A DNA stretch of 64,000 nucleotides from the IMG/VR virus record IMGVR_UViG_3300009497_000001; one strand, written 5' to 3'. Each line of letters begins with the position of its first letter. The first letter of the stretch is position 1. A model generated the notes under the pieces. That model did not search any database. It was not told where the DNA came from and was given only the letters and a program-made list of their open reading frames with translations. This DNA is from a virus. Made by a program: the position numbers and the translations under genes. Below are positions 12,001-19,740 of the stretch, piece after piece.

Positions 12001-12286
12001 GGATGCACAAGAAAATATGCCAGTAGAAACAGAAGAGAGACAACAACTTACCTTTGACTTTGATACTGAGATTAGTGATAAATATCCTGTCATTAGTTCA
12101 TTTTATAATAGTATCTTTACAGTGCCTGGGGTTGGAGGAGATATAGTTGCTTATAGAGATATATTAGAAAATAATAATTTAGATTCTCTTGAAGGTATGG
12201 TGGACTTTTATAATAGTCCAAATACTGAGTTCAAATCAGAAGAGGCTTTTGAGGATTATGTAAAGAAATGTATATTAGGAATTTAA
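2..12286 (+). CDS. Giant (>=4094 aa) fusion protein containing a crAss-like virion RNA polymerase module and an upstream HEXXH zincin-like motif; probably 5'-truncated by the window edge
   Basis: Uninterrupted 12.3-kb ORF starting at the window edge. Residues VRIPSQDNHSSMNVKLVDF...ELVQISGADFDIDTAYVQ parallel the NRAPTLH...NADFDGD catalytic double-psi beta-barrel of RNAP beta-prime (GAT TTT GAT ATA GAT at 9434-9448, in frame). HEAFH is at 5012-5026. The N-terminal residues do not look like a true N-terminus. Confidence 0.8.
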   Translation: MLRVGPGQYAKKSKYMLKSIPQEIKAGFKLGSWKGAAKATGGMMFRYGASGLVEGTQEVSQEAISAAVGGYYSAALRETTQGGALTMSGFYGAAGKEIFTKQGLETFASGFLIGGMMGPYQQVLFTGVPSIFSTARAKVSNSKYFDPSGDKQVVDYAKQQREKEESVIDDVISQANQMGTQLGELDLLLDPAKMSAALQDQEAGMANLSIALNDKYDYMNGRNFSRFYNLYGKYKKGTMGLYRDMVTDFSKMSDTELAEAFDIKDFGRSPEKLREEFIAELGRINEFGERIASKSTDEMFEQKKIDVSEYDESSKGYRDAMFHNRAVDQAKMLYIFSKESFIDAVKRQADIEQSFENEPIFTKQKYGDVRVLVNAESIDTEIKMLTREIKAKEDAGTPASELKKDKRKLKDLKRYYAVLTDPKNLTKKGFFNRAKTKTIKSALQTYLNGIAGDKSDYVNPEVVDTLLQKLIDHQALQEDAFAFSQTVNIMANPEVTAEIVQRNVEYFEYLFKNRKEIYRHQTEQYLEADKKNKLINAIAQYDVYMKPELIRDFLSGEIGVEGLYEGLNRGEFSIDGRALGGAIQLNEDQEIQKKIIAEILNYKLLTEREQDVRDLKSNESTQQQIDVEETLQDAGIDDIQIGDTTRSPMLKNILETEYRKYKESAFTKDAKEFADWRVSDDGKRIKTAYDALKRVWGKGYDIFVTENGQQVSRRRVPTQKDLNTEKGFQDYLNSKVALEDPTVVDILNALDLTMDIFTTENSQTVSKSKPPVAEGVMFDITEVVTDGGSFYKIIDKQGGSLSQVQLDIISTDIRETGTFTDLSKAKRLLDILDREISDGSTFMFDGQAVSKGMSIYDKNTGEEFRINSTANKGGMISIVPSEFYTNDYKTRYNNSKPVSELDFFVNYELEKLSFDTLPTNTYKLYSDRVTKAYTPLSPEAYKFLLNSLTPADFQNLIVDIQENEMINEPIKDNRFYGNDESKANPYIKKQRERYTIALKLSKDQTVDFNKMLTDNKLPIIEGRLVNERGEGTIAFLPNDSLYFVDAKGKVVVPSAMTTDFAKNIIIPSSNNQGMQSALDQVSNDYDTQAVLVSFANDMISKDQTVGTLSEGLKITRSDGIPAYKKGTNPEISLSQLSQSTTTDGAIIIYDIKRDSAGNMVGDEPTIISNLKSDAKTELADRIENNLKDAGLWNKMISGDKTGPNGGYTDRYIMPIEQPNGLMTLATAKAIRVEEDTVIKMFNDLLQQASVANKDNMTTKNGKKVIKDKGFNDEFKLQFIKDYGEFFISGPKGVNVTIDVAPDGALRADLFNKYTGKKGKVYYNAADQQKQGTTIQHLERFSEKIISDPKGNEVGVETLSINNFRKSIPLDASIDMLMQDLVTKLGPEIRTGQFINVEASASAIQATKDKGIFLARPRTELEPDKLKRVEDTEERREDPARARARAITNLGDKISQENVEKAFDKSEDDTISSEAFLEFTNNGVVEIKVIQSIADKIKTGQQLSQRERAIRQAKSQEIEDILKVTVTKDQKNDIDLTLIAQTPIDAINNQIAERELEISEQVGEKKKVRALRKDKIYQDLLKQREDLIGPANKILSPRLSKRDVEDINIFTEWAKTNLPSFINIADIESLGNNMKAGGVRVGAFALDLSSVSGGLRASGTLYTGASNPFRYHEAFHGVYRMLLTPQEQKSLLSFAKKQKRESLRSEGKSISTELKKFRNSADTYANMSDIELENRYYEEYMADQFEIFKTNPKETKIDAEVKSFFTRIIEWFKSLFSTYNKNKLQTLFENIDSAKYAQASVVANDFTLDPSPQVIIANAILPYEGLQVNGSKGYLYLDSNIANNLISSMAASYVSRKTENIDPEISNADIFEDVLEDFAWLYNVTNPINSKYNSSQEASNIAAIEQLERIHDALTFNASEKIEDSPVYKSVFEVLQLIDVQQQIIDNNIDEYENNEGLRNVTQFGKEAYMSGGLASLPTYIRQYLSTITMPYTDAFGNEQLESGEKLVIPINSFKTYNGIIKSVKNETDPLKILQRMYTFSGNNPNTKAAVESIFNDIGINYHDVSEISDIQLPQEIKNPLLFNQITKGFTNYKVNWIFLQQDNTNEVISFSAAERDDTHTQNELWGQAYTTKSLDWKINKEKKKAATRSVNAIYDELIQPEGYEDVPLDNISKKLAQDLFEGVGIKLSPLYVKYSILSASNQTETSNQESILQFNNEVKPILAADMFWLQDIIKENGDLFNSENEGAISRLKKLAVNNALLDETVGLSVFRNVNGDLVNAHQKPTFHLEKVYNLNKEAEINRLESDKFLQNNYLLNSEEFLSMSEANQLQILRLSGLKEVKTLDRSANLDSYQDGVIGTTEYGSFTPKQLTTSIINNYLFDYNSRNNTLKTKMDSAAVAPILIRIMESSNTNDQVLLPVVKAVDEGLRISPDYLGHVSDFIENEYNRIVRENSEEGNLPFQEITTKTGDVIQIPKAIEGYNVPDQDGLMRMNLMFNAKDLISQELKDSLEISATQENPPSFDKAVKEALGSQSINTIIETQLDKKFESFMEMVNTLEVDSKISRLLEKGLLDGVEGAVAQQNARAASRKLNLTDNKTHNLKQIFLNDYLNTKSLNELLLGDQAVILEDSIKQIKRAKGQNAAGDSIYSPVSNPEFGVFESTENINAIILNEPTIFSEFNGESIDNADAQVFTTVKFHRHAQSSLGNLTKAGALALDKIEDGTPLTAEDLYGPQGLAKTNQMLNSKKYVYFDGKTYIKFSAIALTEDLTKNNPDLNRLRLNMEAMERNLGDITFAGPKSAFKMLKTNVQSFGNDIIEPSIQLDARYFREQVKTKTNKDIITEQSQIKALATSEQIDSTPVQIKGMPNVKDIGDVRRLYNKTLSKRIALKFKDKRNLIYTFEGLMSEFSLGKQKNTITPNLQVFLKYAINSLKASKASTNLMEFFTVDPTTGEVKYNINNPISIAKAEQLFMSYFSQGVFQEKIPGHGLALVSDKGFTVLRRVFSMEDNGRLGRNEVIRGGVPEGETVLNLEVNNLGADFKFPSNGKGILVRDRLRYQLAEYDQNGKRTGQYYSEGVFAAHSADIYNQLQRKPNVAIPDSIGKMFAVRIPSQDNHSSMNVKLVDFMPAYYGSSAMFASELVQISGADFDIDTAYVQIKESYYDKNDNTFYAYGKTPGREYTDYVRYINQAVNKDTIYSQAAASFTDQGSKLEDSFTDAELIDSDFSDRAIKAASRLGLPITRSQYNDYVKKNDEPYQAPLNNDVLDYKYALMGNEAVKEISVTPASLTAIEEAYEELKKVAPDYVARLDNENIDVDSITGKIVSFEVNKGAAIGKAVSPNLYLSLLGEYKINVGGSIVKTKGGYIQSSLAFNLRGQTYDSFGTKLNTYGKRIQDEISSIITMLTDNSKENYVAKLGMHPSAVGLAVNAVSLGVPLTDAVLLLNGKLVRDLFAEANNKVDKFDASFTSLVKQQLKGLKKVNAGPQVGLETIEKAVRGEELTKQEQKSILLVINNLNSISSFTGKMASITSMSGRGIGSNFSDIQKRVDDFRDIGVLPGTQEPMMDISPILENSWVKSNIDVFNQIAFNLIPATFISGTPAFNEIYKKISRNLSTNKKTFTVLDQQKVKRDMLSFFTIQAYRQKTKESEVKDGATLTNQLLYPNEFENSIFDAVNRLSQADKGNFFLESFVTMVPMFAETNITGMNLLQANTWRGLDKEQKVDLQTSFTKLYGNPLLRKDAMTIVNYIMVKDGLQAAKGSLLDAISPFVMDEYLQQINNVNDVFLTNKGWLETFGAERNDLVDYFENGYFKSASTNSKVKTITVGDPLDINSRYTSKEGNVVYTMDKDGDPDALPRYINFADAITGFSQLYVLDNIDKKKANYKLSQMEGSYYQNGIGFMFGERPTTLENRDNIRNKGEMKSAYGAESFGAMTVEQMAPPVNSPQNQALANENATIEATEDEINFTAEDSQKAINISDTGLLDSILKSDEQAEENVETEATGIVDAQENMPVETEERQQLTFDFDTEISDKYPVISSFYNSIFTVPGVGGDIVAYRDILENNNLDSLEGMVDFYNSPNTEFKSEEAFEDYVKKCILGI

Positions 12287-12295
12287 TAGAAAGCA

Positions 12296-15200
12296 ATGAG
12301 TAAATGTCATAACAAAAATACAGCAGAATACCAGTCTTTAAAACAAGAGTATGGTACGGATGCGGCTACAGGAAATATAATTGATCAGTATCAAGCATTT
12401 ACAAAAACGGATACAATACCTACTGTTGCAGAAGCAATAGAATTTATTACTAATAAACAAACACTTTATAACTTAAAGCAATTAGATTTTGGTCAGTCAT
12501 TACTAAACAATCTAAGAAGACTTAGTATTATACATAGCTTTCAAGGTAAGTATTTTATAAATAATACTGACAGAGATACTTTACAACCAAGTAATGAATT
12601 AGTTGAAGCAAATAGAAGAAGGTTAGAAAGATATTTAGATATAAATAATATTCCGGCTGAGTCAGTGCTTATTTCTAAAACACCAAAGACATATACTGTA
12701 AGTATAGACAGCAGCATGTTTAGCCCAATAGATATGCTTGAGTCATCAAGAGCTTGGGACAAGCCTAGAACAAGACACGTAGTTATGCATTTAATGAAGC
12801 TGATTCCTGGACTAAATGTCTCTATGAAATCAGTAAGTGAAGCAAAAGCACTTTATGAAAAAATACCACAGTGGAGAAAGTCAAAAGTTCCTTTTGATCA
12901 AATTAATTCATTTTATGTAGAGAATAATGTTATTCTTATAAAAGGTAGGGTTACCGATGAGATAGCAATAGAAGAGGTGCTTCACCCATTTGTAGAAGCT
13001 GTAAGAGTAAGTAATATAAAATTATTTGAGGGTTTATTATCAGAAGCAGGTAAAACATTTCCTGTTATGAAACAACAAATAGATGATGCTTATAACAGCA
13101 AAAGAAATGTTAGTGCGGTAGATAGAGAGATGGAATTAATTACTCAAGCATTATCTAGACATTATAATAATGAGTATGAGGAAGCTCCACCACAAAGTTT
13201 TATGGATAAGATCCGTGAATTATTAGAGTGGTTATCAAAAATAATTAAAAACTTAAATGAAGTAATTACCGGTAGAACTATCAATATAGATAATATATCT
13301 GAACGAGCTAGCTTATCTGATATTGCTAAATTATTAAATACAACAGGTATAGTATTTAATATAGATACATCACAAACTAACGGTAAAGTAAAATATAATT
13401 TATCTCCTAGAAAACAAAAGGTGGTAGATGGAGTAAAGGGAAAATCAAATGAATTACAAAAGCGTATTATTGATAGACTAACACACAAAGTAAATGCTTC
13501 AAAACAAGAAGCTGATTCATTATCTGTTAGTGCAGGACCTGAAGTGGCTATACAAAATAGTGATCCACTAGTTATTTTAAATAAAAAAGACGGTAAATTT
13601 TACAACCTAACAAATAGAAAAGAAGTTAAGTCAGTCTCAGATGTTGTTGGTAGAAAGAAAGAATCTCAAAAGACAATTGAAGTTAAACAAGATATAAGTT
13701 TAATGTTGGATGCAATTGCAATTGATGAATCATTTGAAAGTATTCAAGATAAACTTATTGGTTTAACACCTGAGTTTGCTCAAAACGCATTTAATAATTT
13801 AGTACAAGAATTACAAACTACAATGAACACAACTGATAGAATGCTAACAAATGTAGTATTCTATGATCAATTAACTGACACAGCAGGTATTGCTGATGTG
13901 GTTATATTAAATAGAGTTGGTCATTTTAAAATATTAAAGATACAAATCAATGAGGCTAATGTTATGACAAAAAATCCAAAGTCTTGGATTAAAGGTGTAT
14001 TAAAACAAGACCTGGAGAAAAGCTCATACTATCAAGATAAAATTGATTTAGAAGAAGGAAACTTATTAAAGGATGATAAATTAACATTATCAGTTCAAGA
14101 TCAGGTGGAGGTAGGCTTAATTAGAAGAATGGCACAAAATCAAGGATATGATATTGTTTATGGAGATAATGCTGTACAAAGTTTAATATTAAGCTATAAA
14201 GGTAAAGCATTACAATTTCATGGTCATATATCTCATCCTCAATTTCAAAATGATAATCACGTAGATTCTGTAATACCATATGCTGCATATACTGTATCAG
14301 ATGATGAAGTAAAGAAATTATCTAAAGATTTAGAAGAAGGACTTTATGATGTAGATAGAAAAGATTCTGAAATAGAAACTCTAGCTGAGCAAGTAGATCC
14401 ATCATTATATCCTGCAGAAAGCACTATTAGTGTAGCACTAGATAATTATTATGAAGCTTTGGTTGATGAAGCTAGAGTTAGGGAAATGACTGAAGCAAAT
14501 ATATTTAGTGATAGGTCTAAAGAAGATCATAAAGAAACAATTGCTAACACGTTAGCATATATTAATGTTGCTAAGGCAGAAGGTCCTGTGGCTCAGTCTG
14601 TTGCATATACTAAAATACTAAGGGACTCATTAACTGAAATGAAAAAGTTTTCTGCTTATGTTATTGATCCAAAGAATGTTGCTGAAGATCCAAATTATAT
14701 TAGATATGTAATGAACTTTAATAAGTTCTTAACCACATTTGATGGTCTTTATCTAATAGAAGACAACACTGATATTAATGCAACACAAAGATCTTTGATA
14801 GGTCAGATTAATATTGAACTTGTAAAGCTATTAGGTGCACCAACAATAAAAGGAAATGGAGAAGGGGAAGGTATAGTAAATCAAGCTATTCTTAATTATG
14901 TTTATGATTTGACTTTACAATTGTCTCAAGATGGAATGAGTCAAGATAAAAACAACATACTACAGTCACATAGTGGAAAGACATTTACTGTTGATGATAT
15001 AGAAGATATACTTAAGATGGTTCCAGATATTGATGGAGCAGAACTGTATTCAAAAGATCTAGCTACATCAGCTGATTTTCTTTTATCTTCTATGGATAAA
15101 ATATTTAAAATTAAAAGAATTGAGTTTTTAGATAAAGTTAAACTTAGAGAAAAGAGGCTTAGAGAAGGAGGTGCAGCAATACTTTCCTTAGATACAGAAA

Positions 15201-18061
15201 CAGATTTACAAAAGCTGTATGATTTTATGTTGGAGTTTGATGAGGAGGGGAACTTTACAGGTTTGTATACACAAAGAATAGGGCAGCAATACTATTCACA
15301 AAAGACTGCTTTAAGAGATGAGTTATATGATATTAATGGTAAGCCAATTAAATATAGACCTGTACATTCTTTAGTTAATGCTAAACAAAAAGATCTAGAC
15401 TACAACAAACAAGTCTATCTTAAAAGAAAAGCATTTGGAGATTTTATGAATGCAGAAGTTTATGAAGATGGACAACTCCGTTCTGGTAAGTATCATAAGT
15501 ATACAGATGATTTTATTAAGATAAGAGCAAAGTTTGAGTACTTTCAACCTTGGTCTAATGGTGAAGGGGGTAACTGGGTACAAAAATCAGGTGTTTCTAA
15601 ACAAGCTTATGAATCATTTAGAAGAAAATATTATCAAGAACAACCATATACAAAAATGTATAAGGATGCTCAAAAAGATCCTACAGGGGTTATAATAGAA
15701 AATCAATCATATCCTTCTGTTAGGCCTGATTATGTAGAAGCAAAAGATTCTTATATAGATAGTAAAGGGCAAGAAGTTTCTCTACTTAGTAAAAAGTATG
15801 AGGCTATAATGAATCCTACTGATGCGTTAGGTCAAGCAAGAAAAAACTTTTATGATATATTTATAAGTGATTATGAGTCTATGCTTAATGCGTTACCTAA
15901 ATCAGTGAGGAATAAGATGCTAGGTAAAGTGCCAATTATAAGAAACAACTTAGTTAGAGATCTTACAGAAAGACCACCAATATTTACAAAACTTTTACCA
16001 AGAATGGTAAGAAGTGTTAGACAGTTTTTTACAACAACGTCAACACAAAGAATTGTTCAAGTAGATAATGATGGAAACTTGATAGATACTTTACCTGTTT
16101 ATTATACTGGTTCAGCAGGAGTTGATGGTGCTTTGGAGCAGGTGCAGAATGAAATGGAAGTGCTTAGACAAGAAAGAAAAGAAGGTAAGATTACTTTAAA
16201 CGTATTTGAAAAGAAAAGAGCACAGCTAGAGGCACAGTTTGCATCATTGAGAAACAAACCTACAAAAGGTCAGCTTGAAAAAGACATGGTCAAAAGCATG
16301 ATCAAGTTTAGTACAATGGCTGAGAACTTTGAGGCAATGAGTGAAATAGAAGATTCACTTCAGGCTATAGTTAAGGTTATAGAGATGAGACAGTATCAAG
16401 CACCTGGTGCAACAACCTATGTTGGTAAACTATATGATAAAGCAAAAGGCTCTATAACAAAAGAAGTTGGTAAGAAAAACTATGATGGTTTACAAAGTAA
16501 TGCTGCTAGAAGAGCTCATCATTATATGAAGATGACGTTTTATGATAATGATCAGATTACTCAAGGTGCTATAGAAAAAACTACAAACCTACTAGTAAAT
16601 GCATCTTCATTAGCATATGTAGCTTTTAATGTGTTTGGTAACTTTAATAACCTTACTATTGGTCAGTTGAATAATGCAATTGAAGCAATGGGTGGTTTAT
16701 ACTTTACAGGACAAGGATATAAGAGAGCACAACAAGACTTTGCATATACAGCAGTACAGGGGATAATCCAAAGAACTCCTGATACTATAGGAGACTTTGC
16801 AGACTTTACGGGTAGAGTTGCAACTTTAAATAAAGTTAAACTAAAGAAAGGTAATTATGATATAAAGAAACCACTATCATTATATGAATGGTTATCAGAT
16901 CATTATTATATGATGGATAATGATGCAGATATTAGAGAAACATTTAGTGGTAGAGAAGACACTGGAACTTTATGGGAAAGATTCACAAGCTTTGGTTATT
17001 CATTTAACCAAGGTGCTGAATACTATGCACAAAGTACAGTAGGTCATGCTATACTATATAGTACTTTTTTAACAGATGGTAATGAGACGTTGAGTATACG
17101 TGAAGCATGGGATTGGGATGCTGAAACTCAAACAGCAACTTTAAAAGAAGGCTTTGATACAGTTATAGATAAAAGAACTGGATTTACACAACCTTATAAT
17201 AATACTTACAGAGCAAGATTAAGAAACAGAATACGTGAAGTTAACAAGCAAATTCACGGTAACTATGCAAGAGAAGATAGAATGGTAATACAGAATAACT
17301 TCTTAGGTATACTTATAGCACAGTTTCATAAATGGGTTATGCCTGCATTTAGAGCAAGATTCCAACAACAATACTATGACCAAAATTTAGGATGGATTGA
17401 AGGTAGATACAAGTCTATGTATAAGTTTATAAAGTATTTAGGTGGTGTAAGTAAGTATGGTGGTAAAGTAATGCAAGGTCAAGGTATGGGATCATACGGA
17501 ACAAATCTAGGTGCAAGCTTTAAGGAAGCATATGGTTACTCAGAAAACTTAGATGGTGAGGAATTTTATGATGCAAATAAAGGAAACATGCTACTTAAAA
17601 ATGTATACAGAACCTTGGGTGAAGCGTTTTTAATAATGAACTTATTTATTTTAACATCAATATTAAAAGGAGCAGATGATGATGATGAAGGATTAGAAAG
17701 AAAACTTAAAAACTTTATAGCTTATACTGCAGTTAGATCTAGAAAAGAGATGGTAATGTTTGTTCCAGTACCAGGACTTGGTGGATTTCAACAACTATAT
17801 CAAATGGCCAAGACACCTATTGCATCTACAAGAACTTTAGGAGAGCTTGGTGAAGCTATGGAGTTAACTGTACAGACTCCTATTAAGTGGTTATTTTTAT
17901 CTGATGAAGAGTTCTTACAGGATAGCTCTATTGTTTATCAAAATAAGCCAAGAAAAGGAGAATTAAAATTAGCAAAGAACTGGTATGATGTTTTACCTCT
18001 ACTTTATTCAATACAAAAATACTTTTCTTTTGAAAAAAATAATGACTTCTATATTAAATAA
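12296..18061 (+). CDS. Second giant protein (1921 aa), likely virion/ejected cargo-type protein; function unknown
   Basis: ATG lies 9 nt after the stop of the preceding giant ORF. The 5.8-kb ORF is intact. There is a hydrophobic segment near the C-terminus (LGEAFLIMNLFILTSILKG). No catalytic motif recognised. Confidence 0.7.
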   Translation: MSKCHNKNTAEYQSLKQEYGTDAATGNIIDQYQAFTKTDTIPTVAEAIEFITNKQTLYNLKQLDFGQSLLNNLRRLSIIHSFQGKYFINNTDRDTLQPSNELVEANRRRLERYLDINNIPAESVLISKTPKTYTVSIDSSMFSPIDMLESSRAWDKPRTRHVVMHLMKLIPGLNVSMKSVSEAKALYEKIPQWRKSKVPFDQINSFYVENNVILIKGRVTDEIAIEEVLHPFVEAVRVSNIKLFEGLLSEAGKTFPVMKQQIDDAYNSKRNVSAVDREMELITQALSRHYNNEYEEAPPQSFMDKIRELLEWLSKIIKNLNEVITGRTINIDNISERASLSDIAKLLNTTGIVFNIDTSQTNGKVKYNLSPRKQKVVDGVKGKSNELQKRIIDRLTHKVNASKQEADSLSVSAGPEVAIQNSDPLVILNKKDGKFYNLTNRKEVKSVSDVVGRKKESQKTIEVKQDISLMLDAIAIDESFESIQDKLIGLTPEFAQNAFNNLVQELQTTMNTTDRMLTNVVFYDQLTDTAGIADVVILNRVGHFKILKIQINEANVMTKNPKSWIKGVLKQDLEKSSYYQDKIDLEEGNLLKDDKLTLSVQDQVEVGLIRRMAQNQGYDIVYGDNAVQSLILSYKGKALQFHGHISHPQFQNDNHVDSVIPYAAYTVSDDEVKKLSKDLEEGLYDVDRKDSEIETLAEQVDPSLYPAESTISVALDNYYEALVDEARVREMTEANIFSDRSKEDHKETIANTLAYINVAKAEGPVAQSVAYTKILRDSLTEMKKFSAYVIDPKNVAEDPNYIRYVMNFNKFLTTFDGLYLIEDNTDINATQRSLIGQINIELVKLLGAPTIKGNGEGEGIVNQAILNYVYDLTLQLSQDGMSQDKNNILQSHSGKTFTVDDIEDILKMVPDIDGAELYSKDLATSADFLLSSMDKIFKIKRIEFLDKVKLREKRLREGGAAILSLDTETDLQKLYDFMLEFDEEGNFTGLYTQRIGQQYYSQKTALRDELYDINGKPIKYRPVHSLVNAKQKDLDYNKQVYLKRKAFGDFMNAEVYEDGQLRSGKYHKYTDDFIKIRAKFEYFQPWSNGEGGNWVQKSGVSKQAYESFRRKYYQEQPYTKMYKDAQKDPTGVIIENQSYPSVRPDYVEAKDSYIDSKGQEVSLLSKKYEAIMNPTDALGQARKNFYDIFISDYESMLNALPKSVRNKMLGKVPIIRNNLVRDLTERPPIFTKLLPRMVRSVRQFFTTTSTQRIVQVDNDGNLIDTLPVYYTGSAGVDGALEQVQNEMEVLRQERKEGKITLNVFEKKRAQLEAQFASLRNKPTKGQLEKDMVKSMIKFSTMAENFEAMSEIEDSLQAIVKVIEMRQYQAPGATTYVGKLYDKAKGSITKEVGKKNYDGLQSNAARRAHHYMKMTFYDNDQITQGAIEKTTNLLVNASSLAYVAFNVFGNFNNLTIGQLNNAIEAMGGLYFTGQGYKRAQQDFAYTAVQGIIQRTPDTIGDFADFTGRVATLNKVKLKKGNYDIKKPLSLYEWLSDHYYMMDNDADIRETFSGREDTGTLWERFTSFGYSFNQGAEYYAQSTVGHAILYSTFLTDGNETLSIREAWDWDAETQTATLKEGFDTVIDKRTGFTQPYNNTYRARLRNRIREVNKQIHGNYAREDRMVIQNNFLGILIAQFHKWVMPAFRARFQQQYYDQNLGWIEGRYKSMYKFIKYLGGVSKYGGKVMQGQGMGSYGTNLGASFKEAYGYSENLDGEEFYDANKGNMLLKNVYRTLGEAFLIMNLFILTSILKGADDDDEGLERKLKNFIAYTAVRSRKEMVMFVPVPGLGGFQQLYQMAKTPIASTRTLGELGEAMELTVQTPIKWLFLSDEEFLQDSSIVYQNKPRKGELKLAKNWYDVLPLLYSIQKYFSFEKNNDFYIK

Positions 18062-18110
18062 GGTTTACACGTCAAATTTGCAGTGAAATAATTTTTAAGG
18101 ATCATTTAGA

Positions 18111-18123
18111 TTGTGTATATTAT
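18111..18123 (+). promoter_or_regulatory. TTGTGTATATTAT box upstream of the 18166 gene; variant of the TTTGTATATTAT 12-mer at 23091 and 23166
   Basis: Read directly, about 43 nt upstream of ATG 18166 in a 104-nt intergenic gap. Confidence 0.2.
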
Positions 18124-18165
18124 ATTATAAACCAGCAGTACTTAGTAAACAATTAATTTATATAT

Positions 18166-19434
18166 ATGAAAAAATGTATACATCTGCTGGTCATCTTTAT
18201 TCTATTTTATACACCCCTTCAAGCACAAATAGATACTCTTCCAGAAGACCAAATAATTAAACTTAAAAAAGGTTGGGAAAATAAACAATTCTTTAAGGGT
18301 CTTTATAAAGACTTTTTAAAGTATGGTACTATATACGGTGCTGGTGATATAAACAACTCTATAGAAGCTGATGAGTCAACTTATTTTGTTAGAACAGGAG
18401 ATGGAAATGGTTTATATGATATTCCTGTTGTTGTAGATAATACACCTGAATATCCATTTGATTATAGAATAGGTTTTGGTATTAGAAAACTAGCAAGGTT
18501 TAATTATGAAAGAAAACCTAGAAACTTTTATGATGGTACTGAAGAGCAGTTAGCATTTAGTGCACCAACATCTGCATTAGCAGGTTTAGAATATCAATTA
18601 CATTGGGAAAAGGAACGTTGGAGAGGGGAAGACTTCAGCAATCATAGGGTTTTTATAAAACATACAGGCAAACATCATATATTTAAAGTTGAGTCAAGAG
18701 AAGTAGGAAAGATAAACCTAGCTTATGAGTCAGCAGAAGCAAGATTAAGGTTACCTATAGGAGAAAAGTTTAGCATCTCTGCGGGTGCAATCTACCGTAC
18801 TCACACCCGTGCATATGGTTATAATCCAATTGAGATCTGGTTAAATGAAACAGTGATGTATACTGACCCAAATACAGGTGAGGAGTTTGAATATCCAGCA
18901 AACCCTTGGTATACCTTAGGATTTGAATATGGTTATGATGATATTTATTACACAGAAACTGATGAAAATGGTAATCAAACTTCTGGTTGGTATTGGGTAG
19001 ATCCAGATGGTAATAGAGTAGCAGATTCAGATTTAGAATTTAGAGAAACTATATTTACTCAGCTGATGAACCGCTTTAACAATGAGGCATTTTCAGAGAT
19101 AGATGCATTTGGTGAGATAGCACCAATAGTAGGAATGGATTTTTATCATTATAAAAGAAATTTCTGGGTACATGCATATGCAAATTATATACTACCATAT
19201 CACAGATACTTAAAAGGAGATGAAGTTTGTTCTTATTTAAATAGAAATAACTGGGGTAAAGGAGGTTTGAGAGAAGATTCTAAGCTAGAGCAATGGTCAG
19301 ACTATTCTTTTGGTGCTAATTTAGGTTGGAAGATTAATAAAAATTTTGGGGTATTTGTTGAAGGAGAATATTCCAAGATGTGGGACAGTCAACTGTTTCA
19401 ATCAACAGTAGGATTTAATTATACATTTAAGTAA
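18166..19434 (+). CDS. Secreted protein, possible outer-membrane beta-barrel (422 aa)
   Basis: N-terminal signal peptide MKKCIHLLVIFILFYTPLQAQ. Rich in Tyr/Gly/Asn/Trp with alternating patterns. C-terminal VGFNYTFK resembles an OMP C-terminal strand. Confidence 0.4.
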   Translation: MKKCIHLLVIFILFYTPLQAQIDTLPEDQIIKLKKGWENKQFFKGLYKDFLKYGTIYGAGDINNSIEADESTYFVRTGDGNGLYDIPVVVDNTPEYPFDYRIGFGIRKLARFNYERKPRNFYDGTEEQLAFSAPTSALAGLEYQLHWEKERWRGEDFSNHRVFIKHTGKHHIFKVESREVGKINLAYESAEARLRLPIGEKFSISAGAIYRTHTRAYGYNPIEIWLNETVMYTDPNTGEEFEYPANPWYTLGFEYGYDDIYYTETDENGNQTSGWYWVDPDGNRVADSDLEFRETIFTQLMNRFNNEAFSEIDAFGEIAPIVGMDFYHYKRNFWVHAYANYILPYHRYLKGDEVCSYLNRNNWGKGGLREDSKLEQWSDYSFGANLGWKINKNFGVFVEGEYSKMWDSQLFQSTVGFNYTFK

Positions 19435-19448
19435 AAAAAAATAAAACA

Positions 19449-19736
19449 ATGGCAGAAGTACCTCAGATTGGAGAACAAACAAAAGTAACTTTAGATCTTA
19501 AAACAATAGGGATGATAGTGGGGTTTGTAATTTCATTATCAACCATGTGGTTTACATTAAAGGCAGATATAGCTCAGGCTATGGAAAATCCTAAACCACC
19601 AATAGAAAGAGTAGAATATGATTTAAAAGATGAACTTGTAAGACAGACCATAATGGAAACTCAGGAAGACGTGGAGATGTTACTTCAGAAGTTTGAAAAG
19701 ATGGAAGAAAGAATCTATGAGTTAACCAAAAAATAA
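19449..19736 (+). CDS. Single-pass membrane protein with charged coiled-coil tail (95 aa)
   Basis: Hydrophobic helix IGMIVGFVISLSTMWFTL followed by a Glu/Lys-rich helical region. ATG lies 12 nt after the upstream stop. Confidence 0.6.
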   Translation: MAEVPQIGEQTKVTLDLKTIGMIVGFVISLSTMWFTLKADIAQAMENPKPPIERVEYDLKDELVRQTIMETQEDVEMLLQKFEKMEERIYELTKK

Positions 19737-19740
19737 TATT

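Noticed and set aside
335-12093. Eleven minus-strand ORFs of 60-141 aa from the track, lying inside the giant ORF (335-523, 3010-3213, 3619-3804, 6637-6837, 8263-8505, 8530-8874, 9369-9590, 9904-10155, 10225-10650, 11899-12093)
   Set aside because: All are antisense to a 12-kb intact ORF. They have Leu/Ser/Phe/Ile-rich compositions typical of the reverse frame of AT-rich coding sequence, with no motifs and no independent signals.
12541-15583. Antisense ORFs inside the 1921-aa ORF (12541-12762, 13162-13488, 15395-15583)
   Set aside because: Same reasoning: shadow ORFs of the long sense frame.
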